Shown here one piece after another: positions 29,165 to 50,067 of a DNA stretch of 64,000 nucleotides; position 1 is the stretch's first letter; every line of letters begins with the position of its first letter. Where the stretch lies: NCBI GenBank assembly GCA_964016885.1, contig OZ024748.1, forward strand, positions 56,668,001-56,732,000, read 5' to 3'. The position numbers were made by a program, and so were the translations under genes. Below the pieces are notes generated by a model. That model had not been told where the DNA came from. It saw only the letters and a list, made by a program, of their open reading frames with translations, and searched no databases. The stretch comes from Eledone cirrhosa (lineage: Eukaryota).

Positions 29165-29716
29165 GCTTTCTGATCTAGGCACAATGCCAACAATTAGGCG
29201 AGGGAGGGGAAAGTTGATTAGCTCAACCCCAGTACGTTACTGGTACAAAGGATGGTGTCCGAGAACCTAACAATAAATCCAAACTACCGCCCTAAATGCT
29301 ACAACTAATGATTCTTTCCGATTTAGGCGCAACGCCAACAATTTGCGGAGGAAGAGAAAGTCAATTTAATCGACCCCAGTGCATTACTGGTGCTTTATTT
29401 TATGGACCTTGTAAGGATGAAAGGCAAATTCAACCTCACCGGGATCTGAATTCGGCACGTAATGAGCTGTAACTCTATGCCACGAGGCAGAGTGTCCGGT
29501 GCTCTACAGATAGAGCCAACCCACCGCCCTTATGTAATGATTGTTTCTACTTTTGGTACAACGGCAGCAATTAACCCAGTGTGTTACTGGTACTTTATTT
29601 TATCGGCCGCATAAGGATGAAAGGCAAAGTTAACCTCGGGATTTGAACTCAGATCATAAGGGACAGTAACTCTATGCTGCAAAGCATGGCGTCCGATCAT
29701 CTACCGCTACTGCCAC
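29165..29716 (-). mobile_element. Cluster of three tail-1 SINE copies (29165-29250 partial, 29312-29530, 29540-29716)
   Basis: Repeated CCCAGT..TTACTGGT..GGATGAAAGGCAAA..AACCTC..TGAA blocks. Confidence 0.85.
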
Positions 29717-29866
29717 TCCGACCCTATAATGATATAATTATATAACACGGAGTGGATTCACATATTACGTAGCTGAAATCATTCGTAATTAATTTCAAAG
29801 TTGTTGAAAGTGTTCTATATCAACCTTCCTAACTAAACATCTATCCGCGTACAATATACATTCTCT

Positions 29867-29967
<101 letters not shown>

Positions 29968-30184
29968 ATATATATATGTGTATATATATATATGTGTATA
30001 TATATATACGTGTATATATATATATATGTGTATATATATATACGTGTATATATATATATATGTGTATATATATATACGTGTGTATATATATATATATATA
30101 TATACACACAATTATATATATATATGATGCAATCAAACGAACGTAACACGTATACATACAAGTACATCTTCACGCAAATATATA

Positions 30185-30262
30185 GAGGATGTCCCCAAAA
30201 AATGTATACACACTTTTATTTGAATGCTGTTGAAGTATTTATACATGTTTGGGGATACCCTG
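30185..30262. mobile_element. Short Tc1/mariner-type MITE
   Basis: GAGGATGTCCCCAAAAAATGTATA ... TATACATGTTTGGGGATACCCTG inverted ends. Confidence 0.65.
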
Positions 30263-30320
30263 AATATATGTGTGTGTGTGTGTGTAACGAGTGAGAAGCA
30301 GATAGGCAGACAAAGAGGAG

Positions 30321-30367
<47 letters not shown>

Positions 30368-31038
30368 CATACATTCTTAACGACATTAGAAAAGAAAGTC
30401 ACTGAGAAATGGGCGAGAATTATGTTTGGAAATATTTTCTTATTTTATAAATATATAAAAAAAAATTAGTTTACATTCATCAAGATTTGAATTTATATAC
30501 TTTCCAGCTTAGAATATTGAGTAAACTAATCCAAGCTCCTACTCTGGATTATTTCGGTATTACATTCAGCTCCTTGCAAGCATTATTTGTCAATCTTAAA
30601 TCAAATGTTTTTCTCTACGTTTATCTTATTCATAGCTTCTTTTTCTACATACTTCTACTTACTTTTCCAGTCAATTGATAAGGAGTATTATTTTTTTTAT
30701 GTAAGACAGTTTTATATGGTTGTTATGTAAAGAAAACGTCACTGGTTTCACGGAAAATGCAGATTTGCGAAACAAATGATAATGTGACCTATACAGAAAC
30801 TTACGTACATTCTTACAGAAAAAAAGACAGGCAGACAGAGTGTCAGGCATACATGGAGAAGTAAATCACTTCAAAGCAGAAGATACAAATGGTCACGCCA
30901 ACTGCTACTTACAAAATCTATAAAACCTTCTTATGATTTGAATGATGAAAAATTGCGCAAGGACCGACGGGGATGTTTATTTTTCGTTACAATTTTATCA
31001 TAGCAAAGATAACATAAAAACTAAATTAAGAAAAAGTG

Positions 31039-31075
<37 letters not shown>

Positions 31076-31206
31076 TACATGCACACAAAGACAAATGCAT
31101 ACGTTCATACATGTTGACTATAATTCTAAACGAACCTTGTTCCACACCATGTCACGCTAAGTTTCCATAAACATTAGATAATTTAAAGTTACACGTTTTA
31201 GAGTTG

Positions 31207-31411
31207 CAGAACTGTCAACTCTACCCATCCGACGGGGAGATCACCTACCCAGTTTGGGGTGGATGAAAAAGGACTTTTCTTGTGAAAGTCGATATAGCTT
31301 TCATTATGTAAAATCTTCACATTATGCCTCCTCCTCCCCGTTTTAGGGCACTGTTTTCAAAAGTTTCGGGGCACTGTTTTCATTAAGTTTTTTTAAAGGT
31401 TGACAGGTCTG
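31207..31411. mobile_element. Second copy of the CAGACCTGTCAAC-TIR MITE
   Basis: CAGAACTGTCAAC ... GTTGACAGGTCTG. Interior CTTGTGAAA..CTTTCATTATGTAAA is the reverse complement of 28040-28075. Confidence 0.7.
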
Positions 31412-31819
31412 GTGTATACATGACCACGTGTAGATTCTAGGAGCAGTAATACACACATATGGAAGAGACGGATATCTGAAAACAAGAAGAGATTTATTCC
31501 TGTCGGAGCCATACCGTCATTTTTGGTATCTGTATTGAACACAGACTAAAGATAACCATCATGGAGTCGTAGAATTAACCAGAAATAACCAGAAGGAATG
31601 GTAGAATTTCAGAGAGATTTTATTGCTATTTCTAGCTTAACAACCGACCCTTATAAGCTTTCTCATTATCTTGATATTGTTGTTGTTGATACAGACGTAA
31701 TTGAAAATAATTGTTGTTTTCCCTGTGATTTTGTAATATATCATTATCTTTCCTTTTATATATAGTGGTTAGAGTATTTCGGAAACGAAGGAGAGGTACG
31801 ACCTGTACCCCACCCTCAG

Positions 31820-33586
<1,767 letters not shown>

Positions 33587-33589
33587 ATG

Positions 33590-34400
33590 AAATGACAGGA
33601 GGCTGGATTTGTGTAAATCCTTGAAAGGTTTATTATACTATGATCATTTCAATGACCGGGTTCCGTATGAATCCGGTGATATCATCAGGTATTCGAAATA
33701 TAATACGTGAATGTAATAGGTAAAATCCATGGGGCTGAAAATCGAGACCCGAGGGCGACCGCTATTCTGTTCCTTCAACCTCAGCCGGTCGCCCTGGAGT
33801 GACGTGGCTAAATTTTATTGTATGCTACTACCGGTCAGATGAACGAAAACAGAAAGAGATGGGAGCATAGGTTAACGTCGATCCCATGACACAAGGTAAA
33901 AGAAAGAAAGAAAGGAAGGAGAAGAAGGGGGAAGAAAGGAGAAGAGAAGTCAGGTTTAATGTCAGCTAAAAGAGGAAGGTAACTACTACTGGTCAGATAT
34001 AGGCAAGCAAGAGGGGGAAGGAAGATAAGTCTGCGGGAGTAGGAGAGGAGAGAAGGAAGGGAAGAGAGAAGTAGAAAAGTAAGGGTTGATGGCTACAAGA
34101 AGGAAGATAGAAAGGAAGAGGAAGAAAGGTCGATATTAATGTCAGACCACAGTCAAGCCAGGAGTGGCGCGAGAAAATTTTCACAGGGACCCGCATCTTA
34201 GCGGAGATGAATATATTGGGAGTCAGTGTTTTACAGTGTTTAGACTTCTAGGATGAAGTTAAAAAATTAATAATCAATATTCAATATTAAAGAGGTTAGA
34301 AAGTTTAAAGTTCAACAGTTTAACAATTAATTATATAATAGTTCCGATTTGTTCTGTAATTTAAAGGTACTATTTGGCGGTTAAAACAAAGAATAGACCA
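33590..34400 (-). mobile_element. Penelope-like terminal repeat, family A, copy 1
   Basis: The first about 115 bp are highly similar to 51788-51900 and 58812-58925. Patchy similarity to 58.9-59.9 kb continues (CAGTCAAGC..CGCGA; TAGGATGAA; TTTAAAGGTA..TGGCGG). It carries a hammerhead and its 3' end abuts (TA)n. Confidence 0.7.
33635..33692 (-). ncRNA. Type I hammerhead ribozyme motif (family A)
   Basis: AUAC-CUGAUGA-stem II (ACCGG/CCGGU core)-GAAA-UGAUCA-UA^-GUAU. Palindromic stem III AUGAUCAU. U-U rather than G-C at the base of stem II. Confidence 0.65.
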
Positions 34401-34429
34401 GCTCTATACAGTGGTGAACCTCAAACCTG

Positions 34430-38501
<4,072 letters not shown>

Positions 38502-38505
38502 ATCG

Positions 38506-39275
38506 ATACGAGACCTGGGCATAGACATGAGCGATGATGCATCTTTTTCTTCACACATCATGAAAGTGGCGACAACGGGCAGACGACTCGCTGGCTGGAT
38601 CTTGAGGACTTTCCGGACAAGAGATCGAGACACCATGTTGACACTGTGGAGGACTTTTGTCCTAAGCCGCCTGGACTACTGCTCCCAGTTGTGGTCACCC
38701 CATAGTGTCAAACTAACCAAGGAGCTTGAGGCAATCCAGCGAAGCTACACCAAGAGGATTGCCAAGATGAGGGAGACAAGCTACTGGGAGAGGCTGAAGG
38801 AACTGAACCTCTACTCCTTGGAGCGAAGACGGGAGTGATACACAGTGATCTACATGTGGAAAATCCTGGAGGGTCTAGACCCACACTTTGGCATCGGGAG
38901 CTGGACCAACCGTCGAACAGGACGTCACTGTGTGGTGCCAAAGGTCCCGTCTTCCACATCTAGAATAAGGAGCAGGTATTGCAATAGCCTGGGATTCAAG
39001 GGCCCTCAACTCTTCGACAGGCTGCCGAGGCATCTGAGAGACTTGCATGACGTGGGGGTGGATGTCTTTAAGAAACATCTCGACACCTTGTTATCCAGGA
39101 TCCCGGATGAGCCCACAGCAAGACACGAGGGAAACCTAAGGGCAGCAGCAACAAACTCCCTCCTGCACCAGTGGCCAACCTATACAGGCTGGAGATAAAT
39201 GTGTAGCAACAAGGGCGGTGCCCCAGCATGGCCTCAGCCGGATGGCTGAAACAGGTAAAAGAGTAAAAGAGTAAA
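38506..39275 (+). mobile_element. 5'-truncated CR1/L2-group LINE: end of ORF2 (RT C-terminus) plus 3' UTR
   Basis: [93 protein letters not shown]. Single in-frame TGA at 38836-38838, stop at 39198, and a (GTAAAAGA)n tail. Confidence 0.92.
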
Positions 39276-39309
39276 TATGTATGTATATATATATATGTAT
39301 GTATATATG

Positions 39310-39409
<100 letters not shown>

Positions 39410-39413
39410 GTAT

Positions 39414-39445
<32 letters not shown>

Positions 39446-39482
39446 GTATATATAAATATATATATATTTATATATATATATA

Positions 39483-39635
39483 TAACGGCTCATTCTGGAC
39501 TGAATTAGCCGTCGAAACGGCTTGAGCTCAGCCGTCGTGGTCCTACTCGTTCCTATTACCCACTCTACTACCCTAAGTATTGAGTATTTTGGTGCGTTAT
39601 GGTCCACCTGGTTCCTCACCACATTTCCTTCGTTA
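39483..39635. repeat. About 150-bp hairpin-motif element inserted in (TA)n
   Basis: Short inverted ends TAACG..CGTTA. Contains GTCGAAACGGCTTGAGCTCAGCCGTC. Its right end is the reverse complement of 15893-15915. Confidence 0.7.
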
Positions 39636-41309
<1,674 letters not shown>

Positions 41310-41598
41310 TTACTTATTCATTTGTTATATTCAACTAATCCGGTTTTACAAAAGGAATACGATGAGGTTCGCTCAAGCTACCTGATTTTATTTCGTATTT
41401 ATTTCATAATGAAAGCATTATGTATGCCGTTGAGTTCACCCAGAATGTCTTCATGATGCTTTACGTTTTTTTTTTTCTACCACTTTCGTATATTTTGTTT
41501 TAACGTAGCATTAAAGCTGTTCAAAAGCTCGGCTTAAGTACATGATTTTATATATATGTATATATACATATTAATATACGTATACATACCTACATATA

Positions 41599-41634
<36 letters not shown>

Positions 41635-41635
<1 letters not shown>

Positions 41636-41669
41636 CGTATAGACGTATGTATATTATAAACAAATGCAA

Positions 41670-41701
<32 letters not shown>

Positions 41702-41785
41702 CGTATAGACGTATGTATATTATAAACAAATGCAAGTATATATATATATATAACGTATAGACGTATGTATATTATAAACAAATAC

Positions 41786-41787
<2 letters not shown>
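41635..41787. repeat. Three copies of ACGTATAGACGTATGTATATTATAAACAAATGCAAG separated by (TA)n
   Basis: Directly visible. Confidence 0.9.
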
Positions 41788-41828
<41 letters not shown>

Positions 41829-43967
41829 TATACGTATATATACGTATATATGTGTGTTGGGGTTAGGGTGTATAGGCATATGTGTGAGTGTGTTTGTTTG
41901 TGTACATAATATATTTAAAGATGAAAGTAAATAAAATTTATTCATTTGACTGGCTGAATTATTTCTCAAAAAGCATGCGTATTATATGTTTGTATATATT
42001 ATATCGACTTTCTTTAATAAACAAAGACATTTGTTTTTATAAACCCACATTGGCAAACCAATGCACTGATATTCTCACACACACGCTTTATATCTATCTA
42101 TGTCTAGCGACTTCTATAACCCAACCCTTCTCTCTCCACTTTACCATCTCACTCGCTCGTTCTTTATTATTCTACATCTGTAAAGACATAGAGACTTGCA
42201 CGAAATATACACATATATATTATTTGCAAATAACAAATATACACATGAAAACAACTATGGACATATCTGAATACGTGTATAAGATGGCGAATTGGTTGAG
42301 TGTTTTGAGCGTGGGATTAAAATGTATTGCGATTTATTACGTTTCAATGCGACCTGTTTTCAATACCTGCCTAGGTCAACTTTGCTTTTCATTTTTTCAT
42401 GTATATTCTTAATATAATAATATAATATTTAATACTTAATATACTAGTACAGGACTGCGATCGAATCTCACTATATCTCTCCTTATTACTTTGTCTTATT
42501 GTCACATTTTTATTAAAGTAATTGACTGTGTTCCGATCTGTTGAGTGATGGGCTCAACGTTGATTGAAATGTTGAAGACACGCCGTGTACCCAGAACACA
42601 CGCCAAGGAATCCATCGGGATTTAAAGATCCCCTCCTTTTCTTCAGTATATGTGAACCTGTGTACATGTGTCCCTAAATGTGGGTGTGTTGATTTCAATC
42701 CTAAAGGAGACTATGGGAGAAAGTGTTTTCTACGAAATGTCCTGCATTGTGTCTGTAATCTCATCTCGCTTGTTCATTAATTAATTTATTGTTATTCATT
42801 CTTTATTTCTAGCATGAAATACAGTAATAATCTTATTGGTGGGGCTTTATGATTGGCTGCATTCATTTTCTCCTTTGTATTTCTTTGTTTCAACTTTTAA
42901 TATAATGATGTCGTGAGCCATGATGGCCAAAGGTTTTCGGGTCACGACGCTGTGTTTAATTCACGGCGTCACGTCGCGGGGGTAAGTAAGGCAGATTATT
43001 TAACTATGCTCCACACAATTATCGACATATACAGGTGTTGTTCTTGTAGTTCAAAGGATCAACCTTTTTACACCCTCTACGAGGCTGTAACTGCTTTAAA
43101 ATTACTTTACCTACTCAGGTGCTTATAGAACACTCAGCTACATGTGCATCAACCTCACGAGCAAGCTGTTTCGTTGGTCAGACAACTGGAACGCTCATCG
43201 TCGTAATCGACGGAGTTTCAACATTACATATCTAATTCTAAGGGAAAAAAAAACATCTATGCTAAATCATTTGATATATTCTCCCCTTGTTCATTTGTGT
43301 TTTTCTTTCATTTTATATTTTTTTATAGATTTAATATTCTACCATAGGTTCTTGCCCCACCTCTTATTCCGCTCTAACCCACTGGCTTCTTTTTTTTGTT
43401 TCATTTTTTCCTTATTTCTAAAACATTTTTATTCCTCAGTATATTCTTTTTTTTTTTTTACTTTTATCTCCTTTTATGTCAAACAGACTTTAATGTCTCA
43501 ATGTAGAAAAAATTCTTTGTATAAAAAAACGACAAAACCAGAGACTGAATCGCAAAGAAAAATAATAATAATATTCATCTACTTGGATCTAGTTATTCAG
43601 AAATTTGTGTAAAAGAAGTATATTTTCCGGCCACCCACTTCGCATCGATCTAGATTTACGAGTGTTTTCATCTATCTCCCTTTCTGGGGTTTTTTCTATC
43701 TATTTTAAGTGTGGAACAATTTCTACTGTTAGCTAGTTAACACCAGATGGTAGTCAAAACTCAACGCTTTGTTTCCTATTCGTTCTAGTGAGTGCACTTC
43801 CAATTAAGTACTCTGTATATCAGGAAAAGTATGTATGAGAGATTGTGTATGTCTATATGTTATTGACTAAGTTTTATTCTCTGCCTGGGTACTGACTGCG
43901 TGTTTGTTTATATATATACTAATGGCTGGTGTCTTAGCTTTTTAGTGAGTCTGCCTTATCTACAAAG

Positions 43968-44058
<91 letters not shown>

Positions 44059-45499
44059 CATTTTTATATATGCTTCTATATATAGTTGTACATCTGTCGC
44101 TTACGCAAATAAAATTAGTGAGAGAGGAAAAGAGTGATAGTAGGAAAGGAATAAATAGGAACAGGTCGAATGATAGATAAGAGAAATAAAAAACAATGAA
44201 AGAGAATATATAGCTTGTATTACGAACGAATGACCCATTGATATGTAAACCTATGTGTAGTTGTATATATTTAATACAGCGAATGGTAAAGGGCTAGATT
44301 TTTTTTTTAGCCTGCTATGTTAATAGTGCAAGTCTCCTCTCAATGCTGCAAGACCGATGCTCTACTGATTATAACTGACACAGTAACTTTTCATATAATA
44401 TTGATCAACAATGTCTATTTGGGTACTCTGTTAGTATGATTGATTGAAAATATTGATCCTTTAATAGCTGTGGTCGGTGAATTTAGTTACATTCTGTTCT
44501 TCAAAGTGCTGTATGGTGATTGAAATCCAATTGATTCATTCTGCCAATTTAAAAATATATCGATGATTTTTAGTGTTCTATTATGCGTATCCCTCATTTA
44601 TTACCATTATTGCTTTCTGATTCTTAGTTTCAGGTAAACTCTGACCCAGCAAACCTGTACCCATCTTCATCTTCAGTTAAATTACTTCTTTATATAAGTT
44701 GTCCTTCGAAAATGTCTAGTTTGAGGAATATTTAACTGCTGTTTCTAACATGCCTAGTGACCCAGTTGATGATTTGTGGCTGCTATGATGACAGGTATTC
44801 ATAAAAAAATTAATTGATCAAGAATTACTTTATGTAGTCTATTACATTTTATAGTCAGAAAAGGTGGAGGTTAATTCTATATTATTTGTTTGAATGTTCC
44901 TACAATATAAAAATATGAACAGACAGAGTAATTAAACAACATGAGAATTCTGAGCTGATTTGAATTGACTTGAAGTTTGAACTACAACAACAAAAGTTAA
45001 AGTTAACATTTCGTCTGTTTACCTATAATATCTTCAACTATAGAGGGACAACAGAGGCATCTATATAGATGGATTACACATGAAATGAAGGTAGGAGGAT
45101 CTAAATTTGAAGTGCTTTTATATTTTAGTTAGGAAAACAATTGGTGTCATAATGAATCTCAAGGTCGCCGACTGTGTTTGCGAGGAGAGGAGAACTTAAC
45201 CTTTGACCCACGACCAGGTAAACATTCTTACAACCGAAGGGCCTGAACTGAAAAAAAAAGAAAGAAAAAAAAGAAGGACCTAAGGAAGCGTTTTAATATG
45301 TGAAACTGGTTAGGTATACCACTCAATAATTCATAAACGTGAAGAACCAGAATAGAATTGCAACATGCTGCAAAACTTCACCAATGCACACCACTTGGTT
45401 ATTATTTTTACGCTCTGATCAATCGACAAGATTCCAGAATTCATTCGCTTGCCGAGTGGGGTGGACCTCGTCAAATCGGAGCAATAAAACAATGTTTCC

Positions 45500-45641
45500 G
45501 TTGGTCTTTCCTTTGCTGATAGCAGGAGCAAGGTGAAATAAAGTGTTTTGCTCAATGACACAACGCGTCACCCGTTCCCAGAGTTGAACTCGCAACAACA
45601 CGATTGCGAATTCAACTCTGTAAGCACTAAACCACAAACCT
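45500..45641 (-). mobile_element. tRNA-derived SINE of a second family
   Basis: Minus strand has GTGGTTTAGTGC (A-box-like), GAGTTCAACTC (B-box-like) and body GTTGTGTCATTGAGCAAAACACTTTATTTCACCTTGCTCC. Confidence 0.65.
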
Positions 45642-45683
45642 TCACATATTACTTTATTAAACGACTCAAACACATGAACGATA

Positions 45684-45861
45684 ATTGTTTCTACTTATAG
45701 CACACGGCCAGCAATTACCCAGTGCATTACTGGTACTTTATTTTATCGACCCCATAAGGATGAAAGGCAAAGTTAACCTCGGCGGGATTTGAACTAAGAT
45801 TGGAAAGGGCCGTAACTCTATGCGTCAAAGCATGGCGTCCGACCCTCTATCGATACTGCCA
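45684..45861 (-). mobile_element. tRNA-derived SINE (tail 1), young full-length copy
   Basis: Near-identical to 16264-16438 and 59238-59415. Flanked by a direct repeat ATGAACGATAAT (45675 and 45863), consistent with a target-site duplication. Confidence 0.92.
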
Positions 45862-46529
45862 AATGAACGATAATGTTAAACTTTGCGGTGTTTGAATTCA
45901 GAGAATCGTGAGCCGAAATATATGCCATCAGTCATTTAATTTTATTGGCTTATGGCTGTCAAATCAAGGCTGAAATGATGTTACCCAACAACATCAATAG
46001 ATATAGACGCTAAGCAATGCAGTTTATGTAATCCGAACCTACTACGTTTTGGTTGGTGATGCAGTGATGTCCTTCCTCCTTACCTGCACAACAATCTATG
46101 GAACATTTTATTAAGGTGAAATGAAAGTGTGAATCAATTAGGCAGTGAACTTTCTCCGCGATGATTGAGCACATTACCAAAGGTCTGCCAAAATCATACT
46201 TATTAATATCGTATATTCAAGTCAATGAGATGATATAGAAGAAAAATGGTAGAAATTAATAAAAGAAAGATTGAAAGAAAGAAAGCGACAACTAACAACA
46301 TTCATTTTAGCATACGTAGAGCAGTTCTCTATCTCATAAAGATGATTTGTTTGAACTGGTGCTGCGAAATTAGACTGAGATGTGTTTAGCATACGTGCAT
46401 TATAATTGCAGTGTACTTGTATCATTCTGTAATTTTCATTTTCCATATCTCACATATGATTACTGACTACAAATTTTGATAGTTATGAATTGAAGATATA
46501 GGTAATATATTGTTAGAATATGTGGGGGA

Positions 46530-46567
<38 letters not shown>

Positions 46568-46949
46568 CCATATATATATATAAATACATTTTTTGCTGAA
46601 TAAATTCATATAATTTTTTTATTTTGTTTACTAATATATCGTAGTCATTTGCAAATACAGATTACAAATAATAACAGGAAATATAATAAAAAAAATGGAT
46701 AGTGAAATGAATGAATGAAAACAAAAACAAACAAGGAAAAGTGATAATAGAATTCGAACGAAGAGGGCAACTATATGTAAAATTCTGCAGCAAAATTGTA
46801 GCCGCTAATAAGAAGAGCTAACGACCTCCAACACAATAACGGGTGATTACAACACTTGAAAATAGTATAATGATATGCTGAAATGGTGAATCTTGAAAAC
46901 ATGATCAAAGGAATTTATTCCGACGATATACATACATACTTACCAGCAC

Positions 46950-46983
<34 letters not shown>

Positions 46984-47023
46984 TTCTTTGTATATATCTC
47001 TATATACTTACATCTTTATATAT

Positions 47024-47069
<46 letters not shown>

Positions 47070-47922
47070 ATATATACACCATATAGATGATATATATATA
47101 TATATATATATATATACCATATAGATGGTATCGCTAGAAGTATTTATCTACTGCCTATAATACTACATATTTATTTTGTTTATCAATCTTCATATTTTTG
47201 TGTGAGATCTAAATACGTATGTATGTGTATGTTTCTTTGTGTATGCTTATAAGTATCTCTATGCGTATGGGGAATCTACACGTACATGCGTGTGAAGGGT
47301 TATATCTATATAAATGCGTTTTTATGTTTGTGCTTGTTAGTGTTAATGTTTGAAAATGAGCAAGTGTGATGCATGTCTGCACGTATCATGATTTCTTTAC
47401 TTGGAGAAATATATATCTAGTACGTTTATAACATAATTGCTACCGTAACGCAGCAGCGTCTTATATAAGCAGGAACGGATTAATTCAATTATTCTACCAA
47501 GCTACACAGTGGTCGCTAAAACTGCTAAACATAGCAGATAAATCTCTCTTGATTTTCATTTTTCTGCCTTGAAGATAGAAACAATACGTTTTACGATGTT
47601 GTTCTAAGTAAATTCACGATACCTGAGAAAAATTACATTTGTTTGTGCCTAGAATGCTTAGGTTATTTGTATGATTCAATAGCTACCCGACCAAACAGCA
47701 ACGCCGAAATAATCCTTATAATAATCAATAAAAGGTATTTCACTTGATTTCCTCATCTCACAGCATAAGTTTAATCGTTCCCTTCCCGTATTGCTAGGTG
47801 GGTTGGTACCAAAAAGACCTCATATTAAAACGAGTTAAATTACTTCCAAAACCTATATAAAATTTGTTCATTTTTATTTATGTCCCTGCGTGTATATATA
47901 CTTGAATCTGTTATTTTAATAA

Positions 47923-47955
<33 letters not shown>

Positions 47956-47976
47956 AGTGTGTGTGTGTTGTCATAC

Positions 47977-48125
47977 CAGACGGTCACAACTAATGTATCA
48001 GCTGATCTTTTGAAAGAAAAATCAGGAATGAGACTTGTATTATTGACATGGTAGGATAGTTCTTCGCCTTTCCTCCACACTTGTCGAATTCCTCCAATCG
48101 TCAACAACCAGTACAGATATTTGGC
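47977..48125 (-). other. Candidate 149-nt spliced exon of an unidentified transcript
   Basis: Acceptor TTCTATTCATTTCAG| and donor TG|GTATGA. One frame is open throughout (AKYLYWLLTIGGIRQVWRKGEELSYH...). No recognisable domain. Confidence 0.3.
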
Positions 48126-49113
48126 CTGAAATGAATAGAATCTTCTATCCCCAAAACATAAGGTGATATCTGCCGGTGTCAAGTAACATGAGTTTCATTA
48201 TGCTTTTCTCTGGCGGTGCCTCACTATATACCTCTTATTGTGCTTTGTTTGTATAGAAGAATCCAAATGAATCTTTAAGTAGCTTTCTACTAGTGATACA
48301 TACAAACATATATATATATATATATATATATATGCTGGTATTTCCATGTGTGTACAGAATATATACATTTGTATATTTGACATAACCAAACATGATGTAA
48401 GTGATGTATATTCTTTCTCAATGTTTGTCTTGAAATGGAGTCTATGTCTTGCTAGGTGTTACACATGTACTTTTCTACATATTGGAAATTGGTACAGAGT
48501 TGTATCATACATCTTCATGTATATTCCCAAAGTGTTTATCGTTAATTATTTTCTTCTTTGTTACGATTACAAACCATGTATCGCCCACATCATTGGTGTA
48601 TACTGTATATTTATATTTCGATACTAGGTAAAAACATCTACAAAATGAGACAAGTATTATACAACAAAGAATATTCTAACACACTAACACTCTAACAAAC
48701 AATGCATTCGTCTAGTATAAGCATATACAATGCAACGAATACACCGCACACTGCGCGTATTACAATACACAATCCACAGAAGTAGTATCATAACACTTAT
48801 CGAAAAACAACAGTGTATGTGTTATAGCACATCATAAATTAACACGTATACATCAAAAAAGCTGAAATTAAAATCTGTCTTATCAACAACAAACAGAATC
48901 GAGTAAATCACAGAACACGCTACTAATGAGCAAAGCAATTTACAAATTTGATTGCAAAAGTAGAAGCTGTAAATTTCATCAGTAATGTCTACAGCGATAA
49001 CGTTAGACATGATTTCTTAAAGAGACAGCTGTGGCTCACGTTAACATCGCTTTATAGTGAAGATGAATCGGCAACATCTACAAACGCAGACGATAGTTTA
49101 TATTTAAATAGAA

Positions 49114-49202
<89 letters not shown>

Positions 49203-50067
49203 CAGAACTACCCACGCATTCACACAAGCAGTACATTTAGAGGGAAATCCATGCACAATTTTTGGCTACATGCGCACCAAAGATCTGTCTCTCACGCTCC
49301 CACCTCTCTCTCTGTGTATATACATACATATATATATATATATACATGTATATATATATATATACATATGTATATATATATATACATATATGTATATATA
49401 TATACATATATGTATATATATATATATATACATATATGTATATATATATATATATACATATATGTATATATATATATATACATATATGTATATATATATA
49501 TACAAATATATACATATATTTATATACAAATATATACATATATTTATATACATATATATATACACACACACAAACATTTACATATATATATATATATATA
49601 TATATATAAGTGAAAGGGATTAGAGAAACAGGCACACTCATACATGCATATACTTTCATCAGTGTATTCCTTCATACATGTGATAGAACAAAATAGAACA
49701 TATTCTCACATTTATCCCACCGTCTACCCGTTGTCGTGACACACTCAAGATTTATTTGAAGTGGGAGTTAGATATAGATATATCTTGGTAGTAGGTACTT
49801 ATGTATTTCCAGTCTGAGTGGTTTGTCATCCATAACCATAAAAGAAGGAGGGTAAATATGTTAAGTTTCTTGCCCGTAGTTATTAATTTTAATACATAAA
49901 AGATAAGAAACTATAAAATGGAGCGGTTCTGTTGACTGTTGCTAATTACCTTATGATACTTAGTAACACTTGCTTCTGTACATCATGTTTATATGAGCCT
50001 TATATATATTTCTAGGTTGGTAGATCACCATGTATATACGTATATATGTATATATTTATCTGTGAGT

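Noticed and set aside
42513-42698. 61-aa minus-strand ORF in moderately GC-rich sequence
   Set aside because: No convincing donor site or domain.
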